From positions 1-44,029 of IMG/VR virus record IMGVR_UViG_3300042935_000583: 44,029 bases of DNA. One strand, written 5' to 3'. This document shows positions 16,854 to 25,930 of this stretch, piece after piece (within the stretch, counting starts at the first letter, position 1; each line of letters opens with the position of its first letter). The notes beneath the pieces were generated by a model that had not been told where the DNA came from, made no database searches, and saw nothing but the letters and a program-made list of their open reading frames with translations. A program made the translations under genes and the position numbers. This DNA is from a virus (lineage: Duplodnaviria; Caudoviricetes).

Positions 16854-18800
16854 ATGCCGTTAAAAAAGATACCATTACCTCCAGGTTTTGATAAAAACGA
16901 TACTGCGTCTCAAGCAGAAGGTCGTTGGATAGATGGAGATAACGTACGTTTTCAATATGGTTCCCCTGAAAAAATAGGGGGTTGGAAGCAAATTAACACA
17001 TCTATTTTAGTAGGCGCTGGTAGAGATATTCATTCTTGGTTTGATTTAACAGGTAGAAAATACGAAGCTATTGGAACAAATAAAATTTTATATATTCTAT
17101 TTGAAGATACTTTTTATGATATTACTCCATTAGGAACAGCGTTAACTAGTTGTACTTATACATCTACTACAGGCTCTACTACAGTTACAATTAATAAAAC
17201 CGCTCATGGTCTATTAACTGGGGATTTAATTAAATTCACAAGTGTGACAACACCTGGACCAACTACTACTAGTTTTACAGCTGCAGATTTTACTACAAAT
17301 ACATTTGAAGTTAAGACAGTTCCAACAACAGGAACTTTTACAATTACAATGGCAGTTACAGAAACAGGAACTGGAGTTACCGGAGGTGGAACAATTACTA
17401 CAAATCCTTATGTAACAGTAGGTCCTATTCTTTCTACATTTGGATATGGTTGGGGAGCTGGACAATGGGGTATTTCTACTTGGGGTACAGCTAGAACAAC
17501 ATCTAATACAGATATTGATGCAGGTTCATGGTCTTTAGATAACTTTGGAGAATTATTAATAGCTACTGTTAAAAATGGACAAACTTTTTCATGGGATCCA
17601 AATGCAGGGGCAGGGGTTAGTACCCGTGCAACTATTATATCAGGAAACCCTACAGCATCAATTTTAACAAGAGTATCAGATAGAGATAGACATTTAATTC
17701 ATTTTGGTACTGAAACAATTATTGGAAATGCTGCTACCCAAGATCCAATGTTTATAAGATTTTCAGATCAAGAAGATATTGAAGTATATGAACCAACTTC
17801 TACAAACACAGCAGGTACATTTAGATTAGATAATGGAAGTACAATTATAGCAGCAGTTAAAGGTAAAGATTATATGTTAGTTCTTACAGATGAAGCAGCT
17901 TACACAATGCAATTTGTAGGACCACCATTTACATTTAGTATTCGTCAGGTTGGTACTAACTGTGGTTGTATTGGTCAGCATGCTGCAGTATTCGTAGATG
18001 GAGCTGTTTATTGGATAGGTGATTCTGGTAATTTCTTTGTATTTGATGGAACAGTTAAAACATTATCATCTTCAGTTGAAGATTTTGTGTTTACAACTCA
18101 AGGAGATAGTTTAGGTTTAAATTTTGTACAAGGAGATATAGTATTTGCAGGTCATAATAGTTTGTATACTGAAATAAATTGGTTTTACTCAAAAGCTGGT
18201 TCTACAGAAATAGATAGAGTTGTTACTTACAACTATAAACTTCAGTCTTGGACTACAGGAACACTTGCAAGAACAACTTATGAAGATTCTCATGTGTTTG
18301 ATAATCCTACTGCAACTAAATATATTTCAACTTTAACTCCTAATATTCCAACAATTAATGGAGTGAGTAATGGAGGTAGTTATGTATTTGAACATGAAGT
18401 TGGAGTTAATGAAGTATTAAATTTAACAAGTACTAATAGTACTAGCATTGTTATTCCTGCTTATGTTAAATCAGGAGATTTTGATTTAGACATAGAGGGA
18501 GATGGTGAATTCTTTATTAAAATAAGAAGATTTATTCCAGACTTTAAATATCTAGATGGTAATACAAAAGTAACCTTATTCTTTAGAGCGTACCCAGCAG
18601 ATACAACCACGGCACAGGGACAAACAACTGTGGGTCCCTTTACAGTATCTTCAACAACAGATAAGATAGACACACGCGCGCGAGGAAGACTTGCGTCAAT
18701 AAAAATTGAAAACGATGCACTTAACGACAATTGGCGTTATGGTATATTTAGAGTAGATATACAACCAGACGGCAGAGGCGGAAGTGCTCCACAAACATAA
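16854..18800 (+). CDS. Large tail protein (tail tubular B / nozzle-like)
   Basis: 648 aa, beta-rich; IRFSDQED, NCGCIG, RARGR motifs; position ahead of the ejection genes. Confidence 0.65.
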   Translation: MPLKKIPLPPGFDKNDTASQAEGRWIDGDNVRFQYGSPEKIGGWKQINTSILVGAGRDIHSWFDLTGRKYEAIGTNKILYILFEDTFYDITPLGTALTSCTYTSTTGSTTVTINKTAHGLLTGDLIKFTSVTTPGPTTTSFTAADFTTNTFEVKTVPTTGTFTITMAVTETGTGVTGGGTITTNPYVTVGPILSTFGYGWGAGQWGISTWGTARTTSNTDIDAGSWSLDNFGELLIATVKNGQTFSWDPNAGAGVSTRATIISGNPTASILTRVSDRDRHLIHFGTETIIGNAATQDPMFIRFSDQEDIEVYEPTSTNTAGTFRLDNGSTIIAAVKGKDYMLVLTDEAAYTMQFVGPPFTFSIRQVGTNCGCIGQHAAVFVDGAVYWIGDSGNFFVFDGTVKTLSSSVEDFVFTTQGDSLGLNFVQGDIVFAGHNSLYTEINWFYSKAGSTEIDRVVTYNYKLQSWTTGTLARTTYEDSHVFDNPTATKYISTLTPNIPTINGVSNGGSYVFEHEVGVNEVLNLTSTNSTSIVIPAYVKSGDFDLDIEGDGEFFIKIRRFIPDFKYLDGNTKVTLFFRAYPADTTTAQGQTTVGPFTVSSTTDKIDTRARGRLASIKIENDALNDNWRYGIFRVDIQPDGRGGSAPQT

Positions 18801-18979
18801 TGGCTAAAATAAATATTCTTATACCAGAACCCCCACAACAATATAGTGTAGATTCTTTAAGACAAATTAATCAAGCTCTAGAGACTTTACAAAACCAACT
18901 AAATACGTCATATCAGAATGACTTACTTGAAGATCTACAAACTTTTAACTGGTTTTTATTTGGAAGCGGAGCAGAATGA
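18800..18979 (+). CDS. 59-aa hypothetical protein (not in ORF track)
   Basis: MAKINILIPEPPQQYSVDSLRQINQALETLQNQLN...; TAATG and ATGA coupling on both sides. Confidence 0.7.
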   Translation: MAKINILIPEPPQQYSVDSLRQINQALETLQNQLNTSYQNDLLEDLQTFNWFLFGSGAE

Positions 18980-19311
18980 CAATAGAATATAAAAGCGACA
19001 TTTACAGATTAGCTACAACAAATTTAACTACAACTCTTACAGTTAATGCAACTACAAGAGTTATTATAAAAGAAATTAGTGTTTCAAATGAACATAACAA
19101 CACTGTTGAATGTGATTTTTATTTAAATACAGTTAATGGAAGTGCTATTTTTTATCATACAAAAATAGCTGCAGATTCTCATGACAATGCTGTACATAAT
19201 ACTTTAGTATTAGAAGAAAATGATTATTTAACATTTCAGGTAGCAACGGCTGCAGTGATATCTGGACAGATTTCTTATGCCGTGCTAAGTAGAAAAAATC
19301 AAAATGGCTAG
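18976..19311 (+). CDS. Small virion structural protein
   Basis: 111 aa, beta-rich, LVLEENDYL motif. Confidence 0.6.
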   Translation: MTIEYKSDIYRLATTNLTTTLTVNATTRVIIKEISVSNEHNNTVECDFYLNTVNGSAIFYHTKIAADSHDNAVHNTLVLEENDYLTFQVATAAVISGQISYAVLSRKNQNG

Positions 19312-19435
19312 AAAAATAAGTAATGGTTCAGGTTCTTTTATTAAATACACTAATAAAAAAAGACCTGGAAGACATTCAAAAAGTCCAAATAAAAGAAATG
19401 ACCATAAGGAATATCGTGGACAGGGAAGACGCTAA
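19304..19435 (+). CDS. 43-aa basic microprotein (not in ORF track)
   Basis: MARKISNGSGSFIKYTNKKRPGRHSKSPNKRNDHKEYRGQGRR*; fills the gap. Confidence 0.65.
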   Translation: MARKISNGSGSFIKYTNKKRPGRHSKSPNKRNDHKEYRGQGRR

Positions 19436-19454
19436 TAGTATATAATAATAGTTT

Positions 19455-19670
19455 ATGAAAACTACAATAATTGATGGAGTAGAAGTTCCGATTGTACCAG
19501 CTAAAGCAGTTGAGATTATTACAAATAAAACTACTGGACAAACTTACGATTCAATAGCTGAGTTTAATGCAGATGTTGCAAATCCAAATACTCCAACAAA
19601 AGCAGAAGACTTACAACAAGACGTACAAATAACAGTTGCATCTTTATCGGTATTTGGTAAAACTAAGTAA
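19455..19670 (+). CDS. Hypothetical protein
   Basis: 71 aa, TAATG-coupled to the glycosyltransferase. Confidence 0.65.
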   Translation: MKTTIIDGVEVPIVPAKAVEIITNKTTGQTYDSIAEFNADVANPNTPTKAEDLQQDVQITVASLSVFGKTK

Positions 19671-20584
19671 TGAATCCATACGGTGGCACCGAAATTCAAT
19701 TAGAATACTTACACAAGTACGTATCAAAAGAATTACTTGATAAAGTTGAAATAACAACATCTATTCCAGAAAAAACTCCAATAAACGCAACTAAAACAAA
19801 TATACTTTGGGTTCATAATAGTTACGATCAACCTAATCTTTATCCTTGGTTCAAAAATAAATTAAATCATAGAAAATATGATTGGTACGTGTTCAACTCA
19901 CATTGGACATACGAAAAGTATAGAATGCTATTTGATATTCCAACAGATATTTCACTAGTTATTAAAAACGGATTTGATGATGATTTAATAGTTAAAACAG
20001 AATTTAAACCTAAAGAAAAATTAAAACTTGTTTATACTTCAACTCCTTGGCGTGGATTAGACGTTTTACTTTCTGCTATGGAACAGATTAAAACAGATAA
20101 AGTAGAACTAGACATATACTCAAGCACACAGATATATGGAGATGCATTTAAAAAAATATCTGATAATCAATTTACAGCTTTATATGATAAAGCAAAAACA
20201 ATTAAAAATGTTAATTACAAAGGTTATTTAAATCATAAAGAATTAATGAAGATATTGCATACGTATGATGCTTATATTCATCCCTCTACCTTTGAAGAAA
20301 CTTTTTGTTTAGCTGCCATGGAATCGTTAGCCTGTGGCCTCGTAACAGTAACCACGGACCTTGGAGCTTTGTATGAGACCTGCGCTGAGTTTCCAATTTA
20401 TGTACCTTATTTAAAAGATAAAGAAGCCTTAGCTAAACAATTTGCAGGGGCTATTGATATATTGCCTGATTTTGTTAACAGTTTAAATGCAGATGCCATG
20501 AAATTTCAAATGCAGTACTATAGACAATTCTATCATTGGAATGTAATAAAGACTTATTGGGAAAGATTTTTAAATGGCATCTAA
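19670..20584 (+). CDS. GT-B fold glycosyltransferase (GT4/group 1-like)
   Basis: GGTE start, YTSTPWRGL, PSTFEETFCLAAMESLACG (E-x7-E). Confidence 0.85.
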   Translation: MNPYGGTEIQLEYLHKYVSKELLDKVEITTSIPEKTPINATKTNILWVHNSYDQPNLYPWFKNKLNHRKYDWYVFNSHWTYEKYRMLFDIPTDISLVIKNGFDDDLIVKTEFKPKEKLKLVYTSTPWRGLDVLLSAMEQIKTDKVELDIYSSTQIYGDAFKKISDNQFTALYDKAKTIKNVNYKGYLNHKELMKILHTYDAYIHPSTFEETFCLAAMESLACGLVTVTTDLGALYETCAEFPIYVPYLKDKEALAKQFAGAIDILPDFVNSLNADAMKFQMQYYRQFYHWNVIKTYWERFLNGI

Positions 20585-21404
20585 TGCACCTGTAACTTTA
20601 TTTGTAGGAACACCTGTTCATTCAGATGTATCTATTCATTATTTTAAAGCTTGTTTAGAATTTCAAAAAGAATGTTTTGTTAGAAAAATACCGGTTATGT
20701 TTCAAGTTATGAAAAGTAGTTTGGTTACACAAGGAAGGCAGCTTTGTGTTTCTGGTTTTATGGAAACAAAGGCTACTCATTTACTATTCATAGATTCAGA
20801 CATATCTTTTAATTACAAAATGATTGAGAGAATGATTAACTATGACAAAGACATTTGTTTAGTTCCATATCCAATTAAAGGATTAGACTTTAATAAAATA
20901 AAATTAAGAATTCAAGAAGGATCTACATTAGATGCAAGACTTTTAGGTAATCAATATACAATGTCAGTCCCAGATCCATCTAGTGTAAAAGTTGAAAATG
21001 GTTTTATAGAAGTTGAAAGAGGTCCTGCAGGTTGTATGTTAATTAAACGATCTGTTATAGAAGCTTTAATAAAAGAATATCCTGAATTTACTATAAATCA
21101 ACATACACTAATTGATGGTAAACTAGTGTTAAGAGATCATATGTATAATTTCTTTGATACCTATTGGGATCCTAAAGCTAAAACATATACAGGTGAAGAT
21201 TTTTATTTCTGTAAATTAGCAAAACATGCTGGTATAAAAATGTATGCTTTAGTAGACGAATACATATCTCATCACGGAGAGTTTAGTTATACAGGCAGAT
21301 TATTAGACGAGTTTAAAAAGACCGAAACATCTACACAAATTGACGGTAAAAATATCAATAGTGACATAGATCCAGCATCGCTCGATATTGCTAAGAGCAA
21401 GTAA
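20574..21404 (+). CDS. GT-A fold glycosyltransferase-like protein
   Basis: THLLFIDSD (DxD), GCMLIKRSV, GEDFYFC. Confidence 0.8.
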   Translation: MASNAPVTLFVGTPVHSDVSIHYFKACLEFQKECFVRKIPVMFQVMKSSLVTQGRQLCVSGFMETKATHLLFIDSDISFNYKMIERMINYDKDICLVPYPIKGLDFNKIKLRIQEGSTLDARLLGNQYTMSVPDPSSVKVENGFIEVERGPAGCMLIKRSVIEALIKEYPEFTINQHTLIDGKLVLRDHMYNFFDTYWDPKAKTYTGEDFYFCKLAKHAGIKMYALVDEYISHHGEFSYTGRLLDEFKKTETSTQIDGKNINSDIDPASLDIAKSK

Positions 21405-21416
21405 ATTCGTTAAAAT
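21388..21416 (+). promoter_or_regulatory. Sigma70-like promoter for the ejection protein operon
   Basis: TTGCTA (21388-21393), 17 bp spacer, TAAAAT (21411-21416). Confidence 0.5.
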
Positions 21417-21445
21417 AGGCGAGTATATTAATATATTAGTATCAT

Positions 21446-22438
21446 ATGGCAATACCAGCATTTTTAATACCTGCGTTAACAGGATTCGCAATAAGCAAAC
21501 TCACAGGAGCAAGTACTAAGAAAGCCTTACAAAGTGCTTTATTAGGAGCGGCTGTTGGTGGTATCACTGGAGGATTTGGCGCTGACAAAGCTGCAGCAGG
21601 TGTAAGAGAAATGGGAGATGCTAGAATAGCTGAAGCGGTTGCTAATAAAGGTAGCAGTGGAGGAAGTGATATTTTCTCTAATATAACAAAAGCATTTGGA
21701 ACAAGTGCAAAGGATGGTGTACCAGGAACTGGTATAGCAGGATTTTTAGGAAATAAAATTCCAGGATTAGGAGACACTACAGTAGGTCAAGGTTTATTGT
21801 ACGGAGGAGGTGCAGCAGCACTTTATAAATCTTTTGCAGATTCAGCTAGCGCTCCAAAAAAATCTTTATTCTACGGAGCCAATGTTAATTACGCAGATCC
21901 AAGAATTTATTCTCAAGTAGGTCCACAAAAATTTAAAGTAGGACAATATGATGACCAAGGTAATATGACTCAAGTCGGAATACCTGGTGCTGAAAATTAT
22001 GTACCACCAGAAGCTGTGTATGCTTCAGGTCAAGTTCCCGGTATGCCTTACAAAGTAGCTGAACAAATGATTACAGCTAAAGAAGGTGGCTTAGCTACAT
22101 TAAGAGGAATTAAAAAATATAACATGGGTGGTCAAGTGTTACCAAGTAAAGTAACTCATGATGAAAATGATATTAACAATTATGTTAGAGCAAACGGACA
22201 TGTAATGGATGGAACAGGTAATGGAGACAAAGATGAAGATACTGTTCTTGCTCAACTTGCAGATGGAGAATTTGTAACTAGAACAGATGGTGTTCTAGGT
22301 GCTGGAATTATTGCTGGTGCTAATCCTAATAATATGAAGCAAATGAGAGAAAAAGGAGCTAAATATTTTTATGATCAACAAGCAAGATTTAAAAGAGTTT
22401 TTGATTTATTACAACAGTCTAAAGCAGAGGCTGCATAA
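21446..22438 (+). CDS. Putative internal virion/ejection protein
   Basis: Gly/Ala-rich hydrophobic N-terminus; AKEGG and YNMGG; GTG...D.V.AQLADGEFV domain. Confidence 0.65.
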   Translation: MAIPAFLIPALTGFAISKLTGASTKKALQSALLGAAVGGITGGFGADKAAAGVREMGDARIAEAVANKGSSGGSDIFSNITKAFGTSAKDGVPGTGIAGFLGNKIPGLGDTTVGQGLLYGGGAAALYKSFADSASAPKKSLFYGANVNYADPRIYSQVGPQKFKVGQYDDQGNMTQVGIPGAENYVPPEAVYASGQVPGMPYKVAEQMITAKEGGLATLRGIKKYNMGGQVLPSKVTHDENDINNYVRANGHVMDGTGNGDKDEDTVLAQLADGEFVTRTDGVLGAGIIAGANPNNMKQMREKGAKYFYDQQARFKRVFDLLQQSKAEAA

Positions 22439-22863
22439 TGCACTTGATTCAGTTCAAGCCGGAAGAGATTGATAAAGTCTGGCCGCTTGTAAAAGATAGA
22501 ATTCAAGAAGCATTAAATAGGAACTTTAATCCTAAAGACCATTGGCATGTTAAAGAACAATGTAAATTAGGTCTTGAACAGTTATGGGTTATTGTTGATG
22601 ATAAAGATGATATACATGGAGTTTGTGTGTCTTCTATTGTTAAACAACCTAACTATAACGTTGGGATAGTTAATATGGCAACTGGTCATGATCTACCTTT
22701 ATGGGTTGATCAGATCAAAGAGTTTGAAAAGTGGGCTGTTGAAAATTATGGTATTAAAAAGATTGAAATATTTGGAAGACCAGGATGGAAAAAAATGTTA
22801 GCACCATTAGGATTTACATTCAGTCACGTTCAAATGGATAAATTTATAGGAGGAGTACATTAA
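22438..22863 (+). CDS. GNAT-like internal virion/assembly protein
   Basis: DKVWP...QLWVI...IEIFGRPGWKKML resembles acetyltransferase-like proteins found before ejection genes. Confidence 0.55.
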   Translation: MHLIQFKPEEIDKVWPLVKDRIQEALNRNFNPKDHWHVKEQCKLGLEQLWVIVDDKDDIHGVCVSSIVKQPNYNVGIVNMATGHDLPLWVDQIKEFEKWAVENYGIKKIEIFGRPGWKKMLAPLGFTFSHVQMDKFIGGVH

Positions 22864-23747
22864 TGGGTGGTTCATCAGGTGGAGGCGGTGGAGGTTCAGC
22901 TCCAGCAATTCAAACTCAAATAGTTAGAGAAGCTCCAGGTATTGAAGAGCGTAAAATTGGTTTAATGGACATAGGTTTAAACCTAGGTGCAACTCCAGTT
23001 AATATACCACAGTTTCAAGTAGCACAGCCAACGGCACTTGAACAACAAGGATTTCAACAAGCTGGAACTACAGGTGTAGGTGCTCCTACAGTTCAACAAG
23101 GTATTGCTTCATTGCAAGCTGGTCAAGGTGCAACACTACAAGCATTACAAGGACCAAATATAAATCAATTTTTTAATCCATATCAATCATATGTTATTGA
23201 TGAAGTAACACGACAAGCACAACAAGCACAAAATAAAGTAGGTGCACAAGCAATTGGCGCTGGAGCATTTGGTGGTGGAAGAGAAGGTGTTCAACAAGCC
23301 GAGATCGAAAGAGCAAGACTCGCGAATATCGGACAATTACAAGCAACAGGATTTCAAACAGCTGCACAATTAGCAGGTCAACAACAACAAATTGGTTTAG
23401 CAGGTGGACAACAATTAGGACAAATGGGTACTCAATTAGCAGGTATTGGTGCTCAACAACAAACTATGGGACAAGCTGATATTCAAAGTTTATTACAAGC
23501 AGGTGGAGTGCAAAGACAATTAGCACAACAAACTTTAGATGCACAACGTGCTACTGAATTACAAAGAGCATATGAGCCTTTCCAAAGAGCAGAATTTGTT
23601 AAAAATATTTATGCTGCAGGTCCTACATCGCAATCAGGAATTACAGCAGCAACAACACCAACAGTTAACCCATTAGCACAAACAGTAGGTACGGGTATTG
23701 GAGCATATTCAGTATACCAAAATTTACAACCAACAAAAAAAGCTTAG
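22863..23747 (+). CDS. Gln/Gly-rich DNA ejection (pilot) protein
   Basis: MGGSSGGGGGG start; FFNPYQ, GAFGGGR; Q/A/G-rich helices. Confidence 0.65.
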   Translation: MGGSSGGGGGGSAPAIQTQIVREAPGIEERKIGLMDIGLNLGATPVNIPQFQVAQPTALEQQGFQQAGTTGVGAPTVQQGIASLQAGQGATLQALQGPNINQFFNPYQSYVIDEVTRQAQQAQNKVGAQAIGAGAFGGGREGVQQAEIERARLANIGQLQATGFQTAAQLAGQQQQIGLAGGQQLGQMGTQLAGIGAQQQTMGQADIQSLLQAGGVQRQLAQQTLDAQRATELQRAYEPFQRAEFVKNIYAAGPTSQSGITAATTPTVNPLAQTVGTGIGAYSVYQNLQPTKKA

Positions 23748-23756
23748 GAGTGATTA

Positions 23757-25928
23757 ATGGATGATCCAGTATTGCACCGTAAATTTTTTAGAGAAAAAGC
23801 TTTAAGACTAGGTGCATTAAAACCAAGAAGCTATCAAGTAGGTGCTGGCCCAATGGGAGTGGCTCCAATAACACCTGAAGGACCTACTTATAATCCTTAC
23901 ACAACTAAAACAGTTGATGGTAAAGTTTATTCATTAGATAGAATGGGTAATGTTGTAAAAGTAGATTACTTACCTGCAACTATAAATCAACCACAAGGTG
24001 GAATGGGTAAATTATTTCAAGGTTTAGAAGCAATTGTAGATCCTGCAAGTGCTAGTGAAAGAGGAACGTATAGAAAAGTTGGTCAAGCAATTTTTAATCC
24101 AGAAACATATAAAACAGCAGCAAAAGGAATAGGTAGATTTGCTAAAAGTATTCCAGGTTATGTTGCTGTAGAAGAAGGTTTAAACGTTGCAGGAGTACCA
24201 GGAGAAGTAGCTATTCCTGGTTTAATAGCTTCTGGCTTTGCAGACACTGCAGCAGGAAGAGCTGCTTTTCAAGGAGCAGGTATAAAAAATTTATTAGGTA
24301 GAGGCGCTGTAAAAGCGTTAGCTTCTCCTTCAATGTTAGCTAGATTTGCAAATCCATATGTTCTTGGAGCTACAGCAGTTGCTGCTCCTTTTATTGCAGC
24401 TGATTATCTTTCTAAAGAAAGAATGAAAAACGATCCAGTATATGCTGCTCAAATAGAAAAACAAAGAATAGAAGGTATTCCTGGAGAACCTACCACGGAT
24501 CCTGATACATCTATGATGATGTATGGTGCTCCACAAAAATTAAATTTAAAAGATGTTACTCCTCAAGATGGAGGAACAGGTGCAGGGGGAACACCACCAG
24601 GAGGAACACCACCTGCAGGAAGTGATTTTTCTAATATGGGAGGTGTATCACAACCGTTAGTAACTCCAGCAGGAACAATTGCACCATTAGGAGACTTTAA
24701 ACCAAAAGAAGAAACTTTTACTACAAACTTAGAAGACAGTTCTAAAAATTTAGCAAATAAAACTAAAACAGGTTTACCTACACCAAAAGGACAAACTAAA
24801 GAACCAGGCGTGTTTGATAAACTAGGAGATTTTGCAAGAACAGCTTCTGGTAATGCTTTCTTATTAAAATTTGCAGCAGGGTTATTATCAGGCAAAGGAT
24901 CTTTTGGAGAAGTATTAGGTAATGCATTAAATCCTGCAGTTGATTTGTTTGCAGCATATAGATTAAAAGAACAAGAATTAGATACTAAACTTATTGAAGC
25001 ACAAAGAAAAGCTGCTTCAGAAGCAAATAAAGATTTAAAAATAAATGTAGGAAGTTATCCATTACAATTAAAAGACGGAACAATTACTCAAGTGCCTGCT
25101 TTTCAAAATGATAAAACAAAAGATACAAGCTATGTTTATCAAGGAAAAGAATATAAAGTAAATGTAAGTGAAATAGGTCAATTTTCTTTAAAGAAAGCAG
25201 AAACAGATGCTGGTACTGTTAAATTAATTGGTAAAGTAGGAGATAACATTGCTGCAAACGCATTAGTTACAGATTTATTATTACAAGATCCACAAACATT
25301 AGGTACTTCAGGAGCTGCTAAATATTTATTTAATAGAGTAGTAGGTGTTGCAGGGGCAGTTGGAGATTTAGGAAAGTCAGTTAGTTATAAAGATATCATA
25401 GATGTTAACACAGGAGAAGTAGTTACTGGTGCTGAAGCAAAAAGAATGAGAGACCTTGGTGCAAAAATAGATGATAAATTTAAAATAATATCTAAAGATT
25501 ATCAAAACTTAGATGAAAGCACTAAAGCAGTTTTAGCTAAAAACGGAGTTACTGCTCAAACATTAAAATACTTTTTAGCTAATGCATTTAAAGATGAGGA
25601 TAGATTAACAAACAGAGATTTAGAGTATATTGATAAAATTACAAATATTTTAACTCCATTTAAAGATGGTGCTTTAGTTCAAGCAGAATTAAGAGAAGTA
25701 CAAAGTTATCTTAAAAATAAACAAGAAAACTACGTAAGACAATTAAGACGACAAGGATATGATGATTACTCTATTGCAAAAGAAATGTATGGGACAATTG
25801 GTGGAAGTGCAGGACTTGGATTAATAACGACAACTCCTCAAGCTCAAAAAGGTAAGGTAGATTTTAAAGAAAAATCTATAACTGACATTAATAATGCTTT
25901 AGCAAATCAATATGGAATTAAAGGATAA
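23757..25928 (+). CDS. Large internal virion/ejection protein
   Basis: 723 aa, G/A-rich with hydrophobic helices and a Pro/Gly linker; position. Confidence 0.6.
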   Translation: MDDPVLHRKFFREKALRLGALKPRSYQVGAGPMGVAPITPEGPTYNPYTTKTVDGKVYSLDRMGNVVKVDYLPATINQPQGGMGKLFQGLEAIVDPASASERGTYRKVGQAIFNPETYKTAAKGIGRFAKSIPGYVAVEEGLNVAGVPGEVAIPGLIASGFADTAAGRAAFQGAGIKNLLGRGAVKALASPSMLARFANPYVLGATAVAAPFIAADYLSKERMKNDPVYAAQIEKQRIEGIPGEPTTDPDTSMMMYGAPQKLNLKDVTPQDGGTGAGGTPPGGTPPAGSDFSNMGGVSQPLVTPAGTIAPLGDFKPKEETFTTNLEDSSKNLANKTKTGLPTPKGQTKEPGVFDKLGDFARTASGNAFLLKFAAGLLSGKGSFGEVLGNALNPAVDLFAAYRLKEQELDTKLIEAQRKAASEANKDLKINVGSYPLQLKDGTITQVPAFQNDKTKDTSYVYQGKEYKVNVSEIGQFSLKKAETDAGTVKLIGKVGDNIAANALVTDLLLQDPQTLGTSGAAKYLFNRVVGVAGAVGDLGKSVSYKDIIDVNTGEVVTGAEAKRMRDLGAKIDDKFKIISKDYQNLDESTKAVLAKNGVTAQTLKYFLANAFKDEDRLTNRDLEYIDKITNILTPFKDGALVQAELREVQSYLKNKQENYVRQLRRQGYDDYSIAKEMYGTIGGSAGLGLITTTPQAQKGKVDFKEKSITDINNALANQYGIKG

Positions 25929-25930
25929 TT

